A DNA stretch of 64,000 bases from Peribolospora baueri (Eukaryota). The stretch covers positions 1 through 64,000 of the forward strand of contig JAMDHS010000019.1 in assembly GCA_029717555.1 (NCBI GenBank). The letters run 5' to 3'. Positions 23,667-37,700 of the stretch are shown here, piece by piece (the first letter of the stretch is position 1; each line of letters starts with the position of its first letter). The notes under the pieces are model-generated. The model did not search any database, was not told the origin of the DNA, and saw only the letters and a program-made list of their open reading frames with translations. Both the position numbers and the translations under genes were made by a program.

Positions 23667-24555
23667 TTACATCGTGGTCCAGACGGACGAATTCGAGTTC
23701 GCTGGAAGACAAGTCACCGCGGGGGGGGAAGAGAGTCGGGAGGGGGAGAGGACGACAATCATGTACGGCGTGTGTCTTCGTCTGGATCCGGCGTCCTCTT
23801 GCCCCACAAGGTCTTCCAGCACCCCTACCCTCGTCCACTGGAACAACCTCCCCTTCTTCATGCCGGTCCCCTTCCCTCCCCCGGTGCCAGAATTGCCACC
23901 AGATGGAGAGCCGAAATCGCGCTTGATGATTTCCACTGCGCTTACAAGCTTCGGTATCGCAGCGGCCGGTGCAAGCGAGAGGGTGCGCTTGCGCTTGTGT
24001 TTTCCGTTCCGACAGCCCCGCCCCTCGTCCTCGCCCCTGCCCTTCAATCCGCTCGTGACGCCCGTGCCCATGCCCGTGCCTACATCTTCCACCTCTGACC
24101 CCTCTTCTTCCTCCTCCACGCTACCAGCTGGGGTCGCGCCTGTTGGGCACCGTTGCCCGCTTGGAGATGACGGGCGCAATACAGATGAGGAAGAAGAGCT
24201 TGGGAGGGAAAGTGGGAGGGTGTGAAGTACGAGGGGTCGGGCTGGGTTGGACTGGAAAGCGAAAAGTGATGGAACAGTGACCGGCGGGCCGGCGTCAGTG
24301 ATGTGGGCATAAGATCCAAAAATAAACGATCGGACCGCCCCCCTCCCCTTCCCCCGCCCGTCCACATCTCGTCTCTCTCACCTTTAAAAACTCCAAAGCA
24401 AAACCAACGTAGTTTCCCAGCTTCCCCTGAGTCGTTATTCGCATCTCATGTGGGCTCGTCACCGACGGGGAGGAGGAGTCCGCGCTCGACCGCGTGACCT
24501 GGTGTTGCTTTTCGCTGAGTCCGCTAGGTGACGCGGGTCCGCGCTCCGGGGGCAT
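23667..24555 (-). CDS. Alba-domain protein (Rpp25/Alba-like, 2 exons)
   Basis: HEMRITTQGKLGNYVGFALEFLK, intron 24381-24252, then AIPKLVSAVEIIKR, LFQWT and PYMIVVLS, which resemble Alba/Rpp25 motifs. Confidence 0.7.
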
Positions 24556-26304
24556 CTGACCGGCTAAAGGAGACGGTAAAGCGTCAGAATCTGGGGGAAC
24601 GTTATATATGAAGGCTTGAAAGGCTCGAGTGGACGATTCCGGACCGAACGGGGGGGTAACACGAGCGACCGAGAGGGGGTGGAAGACGGGACGCGCCGAT
24701 GACGCCAGCCCAATCTTCTCAGATCATGCGCTGCGGCGGCGATCAAGCACGGACCACTCCGCCGAGGAGTCCTAGTCAACTTTCAGCCGGCGACGTCCTG
24801 CTCGTCCGGGTGTGTAAAGCAGTGGCTGCAGATTAAATGGCCGATTGGACATCTGAGTACTAGCACATGTACAGATGGTGGATGACGGAGAGAAGTCGAG
24901 GGCATTGAAGGAAGCACAAGATGCGATTGGACGGTAGTGGGAAGCAAAGTATCATCCAGTCATCCAGGCAAGGCAAAACAATTCGCATGGAAGGTAACAC
25001 CCAGTTTGTTCTCGTTCGCTGAGAAATGCGAAGATGGCGTCTCGACCGGGCGTATTCCACGACCACCCGCAGCGCCCCGAGCGAGGACACCATGCGCGGC
25101 AGCGGCAGCAGTGGGCAGGAGGCTTGAAGAGGTACAGCAAAGCATGCCGGACTCGAGGCCGTATTGAAGCGACCGTGTCCGGGCCAAAAACGTGTGTCAG
25201 ACACAGGAAGAATCATATCGCGCAGAGCAGGGTTGAAAGACGGACGGAGCCGAGCCAGCTCACCGAGAAATCCGCGTCGTCGATATGTACGAGAGTGGGG
25301 ACGTTGGTCCACTTCACGAGAGCCACTGTGACGTCCACCGGCTTTTCATCGAAGGACATGTGCGCCGTATGGTTACGTTGATGGAGAGAGCACATCTGGA
25401 CATCCAGGAAGGCCTGTCGTTCCCAATATATGCCTCGCACGGGATAAGCATAGCGAGGTCTAAAGAGAAAGACGACCGACTGACTTTCTCCGGTCTCTGC
25501 GCTCGAGAAGGTAGGAAGGAGGGAAACAGAAGTCGTGAATGTTATTAGTTTTGGGACACAGGCAATCTCAGAAAAACGAAAGAGGACGAACACCTCGAAA
25601 GTGAGGAGCCCTTATGCTTGTGCCGGTGTCGGAGGATGCTGGAATGGTAGCAAAGAGGAGGCCTGTGTCTGCGTCGGTAGCAAAGGCTCTCGTTGGCTTG
25701 CACGAGCGCTTGAATAGTTGGCGGACACCTGCCTACTCCAGAAGAGAAGGTATGGTCTAAAACCACTCTGTCGAGTTCGGTCCGAAAGTAAGGGCGGAAG
25801 AAAGCAGGTGGAACTTGCGACAGTTTCACCTTCACAAGATTTTAAACAGAAATAAGAGCCCTGAGGCGGTGTCAAGGACAGACGTGAATACCCTTTCAGA
25901 AACCGCCACAACATTGCAAGCCTGCACAGGGTTGCGCAATGTCCACCGGGACATTTGAAGAAAGAAACGCGGTCCTGCCTGGTCGTCCTCCTCAGCATCG
26001 GCTGCCCCGGCGTGCGCGTCGACTCGTGCAGCAGAAGCTGCCTGATCCTTCCGCCTCTGCACTGCGTCAACCGAGGGTCGTTGGAAGAAAGAAGTGGCCC
26101 CATCCTTGCTGTCCATTCCCTTCCGTCTCTCTTGGTGTGGTCCCGGCGTGGTTGGTTAAGCTGGTGCTGGCCACCTCCATCAGTCTGCTGCGGCATTGCC
26201 TCACCGACTGCGGCTCCCGATCGTTCATTCCAATCCTTCCATCTCGAATCGGCCTGCGCGGAGAAGAGGAGAAAGGGACGGAGGGCGAGGCGAGGCGAGG
26301 GAGA

Positions 26305-26336
<32 letters not shown>

Positions 26337-26410
26337 TCCACCACCACCACCACCACCACGTCCACCACGTCCACCACCGCGTCGGCCACCACCACGTCCG
26401 ACCTCCACCA
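26305..26410. repeat. Compound (GAC)n/(CAC)n trinucleotide repeat upstream of the INO80-like gene
   Basis: Visible gacgacgac...caccaccac...gtccaccac tract. Confidence 0.9.
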
Positions 26411-26469
26411 CCGTCCCTCCCTATCCATCCACCCCCCACCCACCACCACCTCCCCGCTTCGTTCACGCT

Positions 26470-27409
26470 ATGTCTGGCACAGGCAGAGCAAAGTCGAGGG
26501 CGTACAACACCACCGTCGCCGTGCAGTCCGACCAGACAAAGTACCGCAACAAGTACAAGGAGCTCAAGAAGAAGGTCAGGGAGATCGAGCGGGTAAGTGC
26601 GGTGCGGTCTGCTGTATGTTCAACGCGGAACGTGGCCCCATGAGTTGGGCGAGGACGAGGCGGTGGCAGCACGCTTATCGGACCGCCGGGCCGCCTCACC
26701 GCCGCCGCGCCTCGCCTGTTCCTTTCTCCCAGGACAACGACTTGCTCCAGCTCAAGGTCCTCAAGGCCAAACGCAACATCCAGCGCATGCGTCTCGAGAG
26801 GGCGTGAGTCGTCATCGTCGTGCACCATTTACCTATCCATTCTTTTCGGCGTGATGACTAACAAGCGAACGCCTGCCTTACCTTCTCCCGCCGCTTAGCA
26901 TCCTTTACGAGCGATACGAATCCGCCTATGCCGCCCCCGGGCCTCTGCCGCCGGCGACAGAAGCTGTCGGACAAGGTATGCCCTCCGAGGCGGCCTATTC
27001 CTCCGAGCCACCGTACGTCCACCCGGCCGCACGCCACCACCACCACCATCACCACCATTCCGCGCCTGTATACTCGATGACGCCGGAGGAAGAGGCCCGG
27101 TACGCCCATCACCACCTTCCCTCTCACCCTCTTCATCATCCTCACCGCCACCCACACGCTGCCGCTCCCCCTCCGCCTCCCCCTCCGCCACCACCACCAC
27201 CTGGGGCGTCGCACTCAACATCCCTCAGCTCTGTGGGAGGAGCCGGACCGCCGCCAGGCTCAGCGGGGCCGGGAGGGCCAGGCTACTACGACCCTGCTCC
27301 ACACCTCTCCCCACCTCCCGCCGCCCCCATCGCAGCTCCCCTTGTCTCTCCCTCCTCCTCCGCTCAACCGCCGCATCCGGCCAGCGGTGCCGCGTATCCG
27401 TACGATTGA
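26470..27409 (+). CDS. INO80 complex subunit E/F-like coiled-coil protein with His/Pro-rich tail (3 exons)
   Basis: Spliced KYRNKYKELKKKVREIER-DNDLLQLKVLKAKRNIQRMRLERA-ILYERYE resembles the INO80E/INO80F/Nhp10 N-terminal coiled coil. Confidence 0.65.
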
Positions 27410-27743
27410 CGGTGGGCGAGGCGGGCGCACGTCTCCACATGTCTTGCATCCATATGCCTCAATGAATGATGAAAGTTTTTCTTTGACGGACGCGATGAGA
27501 AGCCGTGGTAGCCTGGCCGTCGTACGACCCGCCCGCCTACAGGTGGACAGAGTTCTACTCTGGCGACTGTGAAAACAAGTCCCCCGAGGGACGGAGACAC
27601 CACGGGCTGGTTCGTCCGCAGGGTGTTGTTGCCCTGGGCTCGTTTGCCGAAATTCGCGTACAATTCCTTACGTGTACCATCAAGCCATCAGAGCTAATCT
27701 ACGCGCTGCAGCGGTAGGTGCGCGTGGGGGACGCTAGCTACAA

Positions 27744-30700
27744 CTACAACCCCTCAAAGATGTCTCGGACGATCTGCTCCTGCTCCTCCTTGTATCTGTG
27801 CCCGAAGCCCGTGGCGGGAATGGCGCTCTCTTTCCTCCCGATGTACCGCACCCTGGCCCGCTTCGCCCGCCCTTCGTTCCCCCTCCTTCCGCTCCTCTTC
27901 TTCTTCCCCGCCTCCACCTCCTCCAGCAACGCCTCTAAAACGCTCTCCAGCCTCCCCTTGACGTGCCCCCATGCGCCTTGGTTCCTAGCCTCCTCCTGTG
28001 CCCACACCACCTCCGCCCCGCGTTCCAGGGAGCGGGCGTGCCGACGCAGAACGCGCGAGACAGCGCAGAAGGGGAACGGGGCGAGCTCTTCTAACCGGAT
28101 GAGGGCTACCCCGCCTCTCCCTTGTCCGTCGTCGTTGGGGCCGGAACGGGCGGGGTGCGAGGCGGGGAGAGAATCCCGGTGCGACGCGAGCGAATAGTAG
28201 TGCCTACCCGTGCAAAAGACGATCCGCGCCACCAGAGGCGCCTCCTCTCCTTGCCCTACGTCCTCGTCGCTCTTCATGCAGTCCTCTCCTTCCTCCAGCA
28301 CGCTCTTGAACCGAGCCCCCCTCCCCATCTCCTCCAACCTAGACGTGGCGGCGGGAGAGCGCAGCAAACCCTTTGGACTTAGAACGACCAACGGACGCCG
28401 GTAGTTGCGCTTCATCTGCCGGCGGAGGAGATGGAAGTACTGCGCCGGAGTCGACGGATTGGCGATCGTCATGTTTGTGTGGAAGGAGCCATCTGTCGGC
28501 GTCATGCTTCCACGGTCATTTGTAAGCTGTCCGATGTGCAGATGGGAGGTTCGTAGAGTCGGGCGAAGAAATAAAGAAGGAAAAGGAGGGGGTAGGAAGG
28601 CGTTGCGGCGTGAGTCGTTTGTCGAGCTTCCCAACCCTATCACCGGTGCCGGTGTGACCACGTTTGCACACCTGGAGGAAACGTTCCATCCTTCCCGACG
28701 AATGCTCCGGCCCACCGCCTTCAAGCCCGTGAGGCAGGAGCATAACCAGACCGGACTGCTTGAGCCATTTGGCTGTAGCGGAGGAAGACAAGGGGACAAC
28801 GAGATCAGGAGACTCGCATGGAAGGACTCGGGGAGTGAGGGATCGACTCAAGAGGATAGATGAGGAGGCCCAGTCGCCATGCGGCGTGCAGGCTCACCTT
28901 CGCCGGATGACAAGAATGTGTCGATGATGACTTGAGCTCCACTGGATGATATCCACGCATCGACGTCGATCAGTACAGTAAGTACGAACGGCGTGAATCG
29001 CACTCGAACGCCAACCGTTTCGCCCCGACACCTCCCGTGGTCGGACTTTGGCGTTTGCTCACTTTGAAAAGTCTGCGAACTGATGTTCCATCATGGGCAG
29101 CAGATTGGGCGATTCCCAGCTCATGCCCAACTCAAAACCTGTACCGGGCGCCGAGGTGAGCAGGGGTCAGAGATGAGGCCGCGCACGGTCCGTCAGTGCA
29201 CAGTCAGCGAGGGTCGTCTTTTTTCGGACGAAGAACGGCGCAGTCGCTGAGAGCGGGGCAACTCGCCTAGAATGGCGAATTCGCTGAGGGAGCCTTTCGA
29301 TTGCCGCGGGTCAGGAGGTCAAAAATCAAAAAGTCAGCGCGAACGCACTCGCGAGTCGCACTGATGGCAATGCCGCCAGTGACGTCGGCCCTCGCCGTAC
29401 ACACTGTTAGCCAGCTCCAACCTGCCTCTGGTCCGGCCCTGCCGCTCCTCGCCGTTGGCGACGGAATTGAGAGGCACGAGCGCCCGTTCGGACGTCTGAT
29501 CTACGAGAATGGCATGTCGCTGGCTGAACGTGCCCCTCCCCACGTCCTGTCCGGAGATGCGCACGTCGAAACCCTCGGCGAGGAGCGTTCCCATCGCGAG
29601 CGCTTCTGCCGTCGCAAAGCTGATTTCACGAGGGTAGGCGGACTTGAACTCGGACGACGGAGAGGGAGAGGAAGAAGAGAGCGAGGCGAGGCGCTGAGAG
29701 ATGTGGCGGTGGAGTCGAGGGTGGAGCTTCTACCGAATGTGAAATGAATGAAAGACGACCGTCTCAGGAAATATCAGCGATGAAATGAGAAAAAGGTGAA
29801 GACGGAGCGCTTCTTATATCAGTTGGGCCAGCCTTCCATTTTGCGACCGTGATGGACTCACAAAACCATCCGGCACGAGCACGCTCCGCTTCCCCTCTAT
29901 AAGCAGTATCTCCTCCTCCACCCCTGTCTCAGGGTCATGGTCCGCCTCCTCGCTCGCAGGCCAAACTACGTCCTTCCAGTTCCCGCCGAACAGGTCGGGC
30001 CTGGGAGAGACTCCCTGGGCCGCTTTCAAGCGTTCGTCGAGGTGGGCACGGTAGGATTCGCGAAAGGCAGAGGCTTCAGAGGAGGAGAGAACGCCATCGG
30101 ACTGTCGTTGGAGGCCGTCCAACAAACAAAAGCAGAGAACAGTCAGCGCGGAGGGAGGAAAGTCAGAAAGAGGCGATTTCCATGCGCCCCGCCCGCCTGG
30201 TCTTTTTGGTTGGCCGGGAGCGCAACGGGGGCAAATCGATCGGGGCGAGGAATAAACGGGCTCACCAACAGCTTCTCCTCGTACATCTCTGGCACGCTCT
30301 TTCGAGCCCGAATCTTGTCGTACATCAGCGGCTGGGTGAACGCTGGTTCGTCAAGCTTCCGGAGGCGACCGACGGTGAGAGGAGGGTGGACGGGTAGTAC
30401 ATGGACGAAGATTGGGATGAAGCTCGGCGCAACGCGTGTGAGGGAGGGTAGGGATCGATCGTGGAGAGCCAAGGGAAAGAGACGGTCACCTCGTTATGTC
30501 CCCAGCGTCTGTACACGACGAGATCCACAAAGACGTCCTTTCGAAATTGCTGGCGGTACTCGAAGGCGACGGCGATCGCCCGTGCGACGTCTGCAAGAAC
30601 ATGAGAGGAGGAGGCGGGGTTGGAGGGCGGAGCGTCGTGTGTGATACCAGCCTGTCAGTCAGTTAGCGTAGAGTGTGAGCTCGTCGGCGAGACGAAGGAG

Positions 30701-33700
30701 GCGCCTCTCGCCTTCAGGGTAGTCGCCGTTGACGTGCAGGACGGGAGCGTTGATCATTTTAGCTACGCATCGCAAGGGCGACCCAGAACGAAGAAAACGT
30801 GAAGGGATTCAAATAAGTGCGTCAGAAACGACGTCAGCCCGTCTCATCCCACCGGCAAGCTCACCGATGTCAGAACAGTAAAGACTGGACCTGCCAGCGG
30901 TCGAAGGCGTCGTGTACCCGATGCTGTGGAGGGTTTGGGGGGAGGTGTCGGAAAACCCGTCCCGTCAGTGTGCGCATTCGCCTCAATGGCATCATCTAGA
31001 TTTTTGACCTTGGAAGGCCTACTCACTTGTTGCTAGAGCCGTGCGGCGAAAAAAGAAAGAGATATAAAGGGAACGATTCAGAGACAGAGCGCTCCGGCAC
31101 ACCAGCAGAGGCACGAAAGAAAAAGCGACGCTCCGCTCACTTGACGACGATATGCACGCTCCCTCCGATCGTGTAATGAGGAAGGTCGCCTAGAAAAGGT
31201 ATTCCCCAGCCGACGGGCCGAGGTCAGCGAGGTTCGCTAAAGCTTTAGAGAGACGACGTCCCAGCGTCTTTTCCGCCTTCCACCACGCGCCCCCCGCGCC
31301 CCGCGCCGCGCCGTCACGGCATGCCCACCGGAACTCACTCAAGCCCAGGCTCTCCATGACGACGCCCTGACCCGTGAACGCGGCATCTCCGTGCAGCTGC
31401 ACGCAGAGCACGTCGTCTCCCAACCTCTCCCGGCGGTCCTCGGGGCACGGCGGAGCGGAACCGAGGCGTCGGGGACGGAGGAGGTCAGCCTGCTTCGCTC
31501 GGGCTTTGCCTTGTGCGACCGGGTTCACGGCCTAAGCGTAGGGCGGACGGACGGACGAGAGGAAGAAGAGAGGAAGATCTGGGGTCAATTGAACGAATGC
31601 CACCACGATGACTGCGACCAAGCTGGGCCTGGGGACACGCACCTCAAGGTGGGAGGGGTTCGGAAGCATGGAGATCTTGACGGGCTCGTCCGCTCCTTCG
31701 TACTTGAGCGAGGGGCAGGAAATGAGGTGACTACGGGCGAGCGAGCGAGTGGCGTTGGAAGTCGGGCATATCAGTATCACGGGTGTATGGGGATAGGCGG
31801 CCGGTCGTCAAGATAGATGGCCGTCGCCGTCAACACGGGAGAGACGGCGCCGACAACACGAGCGAGCGCGCGGGCTCACCTCAGGACGTCTCCCTCGCTT
31901 CCGACGAATTCATCCGGAGACACCTCAGGACCTCCCTTGACCTTGTGAAAGAGGTTCGCCGGATCGTAGCGGAGAAGGTCGGTGAGCAGCGAGAGCCTTC
32001 CGCGGTGAGGCATGCACAAGACGATGTTGGAGATGTTGGCTGAAGGGGAAGAAGAAGAGAAAAAAGAAAAGACAATTGTCGAACGGGGAAAGGAATAAAT
32101 GGGTAGATGGTGCACCGAACCGCACGTGCGAAGAGAGCTCACCCCTCGCGGAGGCGCCGAACAGCGTGTCCAGGGCGGGAAGCATGCTCTCGGCTCCTTC
32201 CAGGCCTGTTCGGCGGGGCCAAAGTGAAGAGAGTATGAGAACCGTAGCTCCAGCTCGCTCTCCATCCTCTTCCGTCGCTCGTCCAAGCACGGGACGGCCG
32301 ACGAGACAAGACTCACCGTACCTCTTCAGGTTTGGAAACTTGGCCTGCAAAAACCAATCGAACACCTCGCTCTTCGCCAGGAGCTCCCACATCCGCCTCT
32401 TCTCGTCGTGGCCGGGAGAGAATCCGGGCTTGGCCTCTGTCGCCGGGGCGGAAGGGGAAGGGGAAGGGCGGAGGTCCAGACGTCCGAGGGGGCCGCGGTC
32501 CTCTCCAGCTCCCGACGGGCCCCACTCCGAATTTGCGGCCGAGGGCTGCAGCTGGGAAAGGACGGCGCGTAGGGAGGCGGGCATGTGTTGAGGCGGGTCA
32601 GACGGCGGCGGGGTGGTTGGAGTTGGACCCTGGCCACGCTTATCCTTGTGCTGGCCCGTCGACGAGGCGGTGGAGGAAGGGTCGGGTAAAGACTCTAACA
32701 AGGCACAGAACCAAGAGCGCACGGCCTTGGAGGAAGAGTGCATAAACTCGTAGCTGCAGATGTGAAGAAGGATCAGCGATGGCTGGGGTGAACGAGGTGC
32801 TGGCCGGCGCGGCGCACTGGTCGGTACAGATGTTCACCACCGTCCACTCACCCGATCCTGCCGACATACACGCCCATGAGGTGTTTCTCAATCTCGTCAA
32901 GCGTCAGATCTCCTTCGCTCCCCTCTGCGGTTTTGGTCTCCTTCTCATCCCCGTCACTAGGGAATTGGCCGGGATAGAGAGCGGAGGTGGGTGCACCGGA
33001 GACGCGCGGGGATGCGGGAAAGGCAGGGTGGTCCATGATTCCGCGCAGGGGATAGACGGCGGCGCGTTCGAGGCCGTAGCGGGTCGGGGAGAGGGCCGCG
33101 ACGGGGCTAGAAAGGAGATGAAGGTGGGGGTAAGGGTGCGGAGAAGTGGAGAGATTGTCCTGCCATGCGTCCACTCACTCCCTCTCCATGATGTCCAGGG
33201 GATCGATCAAGGCGGCGCGATGGCCGTGTCTGCGCACGTTGTCCACGTAGCGCAAGAGCGTGGCGTTGGCGTTTCGGTTGGCTAGCTCGATGGGGGTGTC
33301 TGAAAGGGGGGAGAAAAGAGGGGAACGGCGGTCCACAACCGCGACGTGTCGGTCGCGCCCAGAGCTATGCCCACGCCTGGTTCGACCCCAAGGATAAATA
33401 AAGACAAAAGAAATGCACTCACAATCCGGAACGGCGGGCGTCCACCTTGGCGGAGCGGAGGTGTATCCAAACACGCCGCCGGCGTCGCCGCTGAAGCCTT
33501 GCTTCTTGTCCTCCTCCAAGACGCCATGGTACGCGCGTACGGGGGCCGGCGAGCGCAGCGAGAGTGTGGTGCCGTTGCTAGGAGAGGCAAGAGTGTGCCG
33601 GCAGCGGGGGAGGAAGGGGCGAAGGAAGGGCAGGGCACGGTGACGTATGGGGACGACTCTGGACAAGGAGGGGAAAAGAGCAAAGAGGGAGAGGATGGTC

Positions 33701-33702
33701 AT
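27744..33702 (-). CDS. DHTKD1: 2-oxoacid dehydrogenase E1, DHTKD1-type (2-oxoadipate/2-oxoglutarate dehydrogenase-like), many exons
   Basis: GVFGY near the N-terminus, [37 protein letters not shown], ThDP motif [72 protein letters not shown]. Confidence 0.85.
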
Positions 33703-34727
33703 CTCGAGACTGGATATGCACGCGGGGTTGGGACAAAGAACAGGAAGAGAAAACTGGCGAGATGATAAGGTGGGGGAGATGCCAAAGATAACAGGCACTC
33801 GCTCGCGCCCGCCTGTGGGACGAGGCGGGCTGGACAAAGGCCGACACGGACAAGGTCACCGTCCGGTCACAGTCGCCACCGCCGTTGCCTTGCTCGGCGT
33901 CTCAACGGTTACCAGACGGCGCTGAGCTCGTGACCGCCTCAAGCCCCCTCTCACCGCTCGGGGCCCCTCGGCCTCTCTTCTTCGCTCGGTCTTCTCCAGG
34001 TTGTGTCCGTCGCCGGCGCTGCATTTCTCGCGCAGCGTTCCGACATTCTTGCAAGAAGACCCGGCGGGACAAGCGTGATCAGCTGGTCGGGTGTGGGGTT
34101 AGGCACGTGGTAGGCATGCATGTGCACGTGATGCAGCAGATCTGACTGCGGTCACGCACGTAACCCTACCCCAACGGGCGCTGATGTCTGGCTGCGCTCC
34201 CCACGCGCTCGTCTACGGGCAGAGCGCATGGAGCACGTGTGAGCGCGCACGAACGCCATTGGCCTCCCCGCGTTTTCCCGTCAAGCACGTGCAAGTGCCT
34301 GCCGGCGGCAGCGGGTGCGTCGACCACGCTCGCCGGTGGAGGTGGTGGAGCAGCGGGGAGAGATACGAGAACAGATCAGATCAGATCAGATCAATCAGCG
34401 CACCCACGGCCGGCCGGCACACAAAGGTTGTTCCTGCGCAGGGCGCACAGCTGCGGCGCGGGTGCCTTTCAGACGCCGTACTTGCGTCTGCTTGTGGATC
34501 GACGCCGGCCGGAAGGAAAGAGTGGGCGACTCGACTCGACTATCACGTCGTCGAGATAAAAAAAATCATACACGTCAGGACAGGACAGGACGAGGCCAGG
34601 CCAGCGCCGTCGTCGCTCCCTCTTCTGCCTCCTGCGAAACCCTCCCATCCCCTCTCCACCCGCCTCCTCCCCCTCCAGTCCTTCCCCCCTTCCTCCGTCG
34701 CTGCGACCGCGACTGCAACCGCATGTC

Positions 34728-37700
34728 ATGTCCCGGCCCACCGCTCTAGGATCCCTCCCCGTCGTCTCCAAGACCGACTCCGCCTCCTCTGGTCTCGACG
34801 ACGCCAAGGTCCCCGCGGACATGTCCAAACCCTCCGTGTCCGCCTCGGACGGGCCGGCCGCGTCGGCGGAGGACCGCGGCGTAGAGGTCAGACTCGACGT
34901 GACGGCCGGCAAGAGCAACATGTCCGATTACTTCACCGTCCTCGCCGCCGGCGCCGCGCTCTTGAGCGACGGCTTGCAGAATAACATGCGAGTGCTTTAT
35001 CTCTTCCCTCTCGTCCGTCGCCCGTAGGCGACCACCGACCAGTCCAGCTGGCTGGGTGCAGTAGGAGCGCCGTCACTCGCTCTGTGTCGCCCCACCCCTT
35101 CTCACCCGCCTCCCTTCTCTCTCTCTTCTCTCTCCTACAGCATGACAATGGCAAACGTAGTCTTCCAGAAAATTTATGGCAAAAACGTCTATACCTCGGA
35201 CGTCTCCACCCGCGTCTCCAACGCCCTCCTCGTCGGTGCCGTCTTGGGACAAGTGACGGTGGGCGTCATCACGGACCGCATTGGCCGTAAGACCGCTCTC
35301 GTTGCGACTACTCTCTTGATCGTCATCGGCAGCATTCTCTCCGCGGGAAGCTACGGCAAGGACGTGCAAGGCATGTTCTGGATGTTGACCGTCGCCGTGA
35401 GTGGTCAGAACACGGTATTCACCACCTTTTTTTTCAAGCCTGGTATCTGCCGCTTGCTCACTCTGTCTCCTTCTCTCGTCTATTTCCTCTCTTCCTCACC
35501 GCTTCCCTTCCAGCGTGGTATCGCCGGTTTCGGCGTCGGCGGCGAGGTGAGCCTCTTTCCTTTTTTTCCGCTCACATTCTCTCGTCAGCGCTCGCCATGG
35601 TTGGTCCCCAGCCTCTCACTCCCCGCTCCCAACCCGCCTTCCTTCCCTCCCTCCCTACTCGCAGTACCCCGCCTCCTCCACCTCCGCTTCCGAGGCGGCC
35701 AACGACAAGTTCGGCCGGAACCGCGGAAGCGTCTTCGTCATGTGCACCAACTTTGTCCTCTGCTTCGGAGGCCCCCTCGCCGTGTGCATCTTTCTCATCG
35801 TCCTCTCCGCCGCCGGGGAGGATCACCTCAAGACGGTCTGGCGTGTCAGCTTTGCCGTCATCACCCTCTTCCCCATCACCGTTTTTTACTTTAGGTTGAA
35901 GATCTTGAACTCGAGGTGCGCGTCTGGCATCCATCCGCATTGGGACGGCCAGACAGATAGGCGCTCATCTCCTCTCCCTTCCCCTCTCCTCCCCCGCCCT
36001 TGCAGGCTCTACCGTCGCGGCGCGATCAAGCGCAACGTCCCTTACTGGCTCGTCCTTAAGCGCTACAAGTGGGACCTGTTCGGCACCTGTGGCGCTTGGT
36101 TCCTCTATGGTGCGCGTCTCCTTCCCTTTTCCTTTTCTTTTTCTTTCTCCGCCCCCTTCCTGATCTCGTTCTCGTTCTCGTCCTCTCCTCCCCTCACTAT
36201 CAAGACTTTGTGACGGTAAGCTCGCCCCCATCGCCTTGCTTCCTCGATCGCCGTCCTCGCTCGCTCGCTCGCTCATCTTCTACGTTTTCCGCCCCCGCTC
36301 GGCCCCAGTTCCCGAACGGAGTATGTATCCCCTGATCGCTCGGAAATCGCGCGTTAGCCAAAGCCGCCCGCCCGGCTCATCCTTTTTCATCTCCCTCTCC
36401 TCTCCGTTCCTTTTTCGAACCTCTCCTCGCGAACCGCGACCGCGACCGCCAGATCTTCAGCGGCACGATCATTAGCTCGATCGTGAAGGACGCCTCGGTG
36501 AAGAAGACGGCGGAATGGCAACTTCTCCTAGGAACCATCGCTCTCGTACGTTCCCTTCCTCTTTCACCCATATCGGCAAGACTTGGACTTTGACTGACCC
36601 TCCCTTCGCCCCCGCCCACACCGGTCGGACTACACACAGCCCGGTGTCTTTGTCGGCGCTTGGCTGTGCGGAGTCATCGGCCGGAGGAACACGCTGATCA
36701 TCGGCTTTTCCGGGTATCTGATCATTGGTGCGTCGAGCTTATTCAAGCGGCCGTTTTCGAACTCGCGCACATCGACTGGACCGTCCTGACTGAAGATGCG
36801 ATCGCCCTTGCTTGCCCTTGCTTGTTTGCCCTCCTCCCCCTTGCTGCTGCCTCCGCCGCGGCGACATCCGGCTTAGGCCTCATCATCGGTTGCGCCTACG
36901 ACAAGATCGTCGCCGCGATCCCGGCCTTCGTCATCCTCTACGGTCTGATGCAGTCCATGGGCGTGAGTGCCAAGCGTCGCCGCATCACACGTTTTTTCTT
37001 TCCTCTTCGTCTTCCTGGCCCTCCGCTCATCGCCGCCGACGTTTTTCTTTGATTCGGGCCCCATCGCAGAACCTCGGACCTGGGTGAGTTTGGAACGAGT
37101 CAGGCCAACCCCATCCATATCGCCGTTCTCAGTCCCCAAGTCTCTGCGATTCGGCGCCGCCGCTCCAATCGAACCACTCGCTCACGCAGCTGCATCGTGC
37201 TTTTTCTTCTCTCTCCCCGTGGTGCACGACAGCGATATGCTTGGCCTTGTCAGCAGCGAGAGCTACCCGACTGCCCTTCGAGGAACGTGCTACGGCATCT
37301 CGTGAGTTTCCCTCTTTGCCTCCGCGCCCTCCAGCAGTCCGTTCACCCCCCGCCCATCCCCCGGGTCCGGCCGCCGTGCCAACTTTTGTTCTTCCCCCTC
37401 CTTTTCTCGCCTCCCCCTGCCAGCGCGGCGATCGGCAAAGTCGGCGCGGCAGTCGGCACCCAAGCCTTTACGCCCATCCAGAACAACCTCGGCAAGCGCT
37501 GGACCTTCATCATCGCCGCCCTCTGCGGCGTACTCGGCATGGCCATTGCCTTCTTCTTCATCAAGGACAAGGTGCGTCGGCGTTTTGTCTCTCCGTTTCT
37601 TTTCCGGTCGGCCACCCCTTGACTGGCTAATCGGCCGTTTCGCCTTCCCATTTCTTTCTCCTACCCCCACCCTCTCGTCTCCTCCGCCTCCTTGTAGAGC

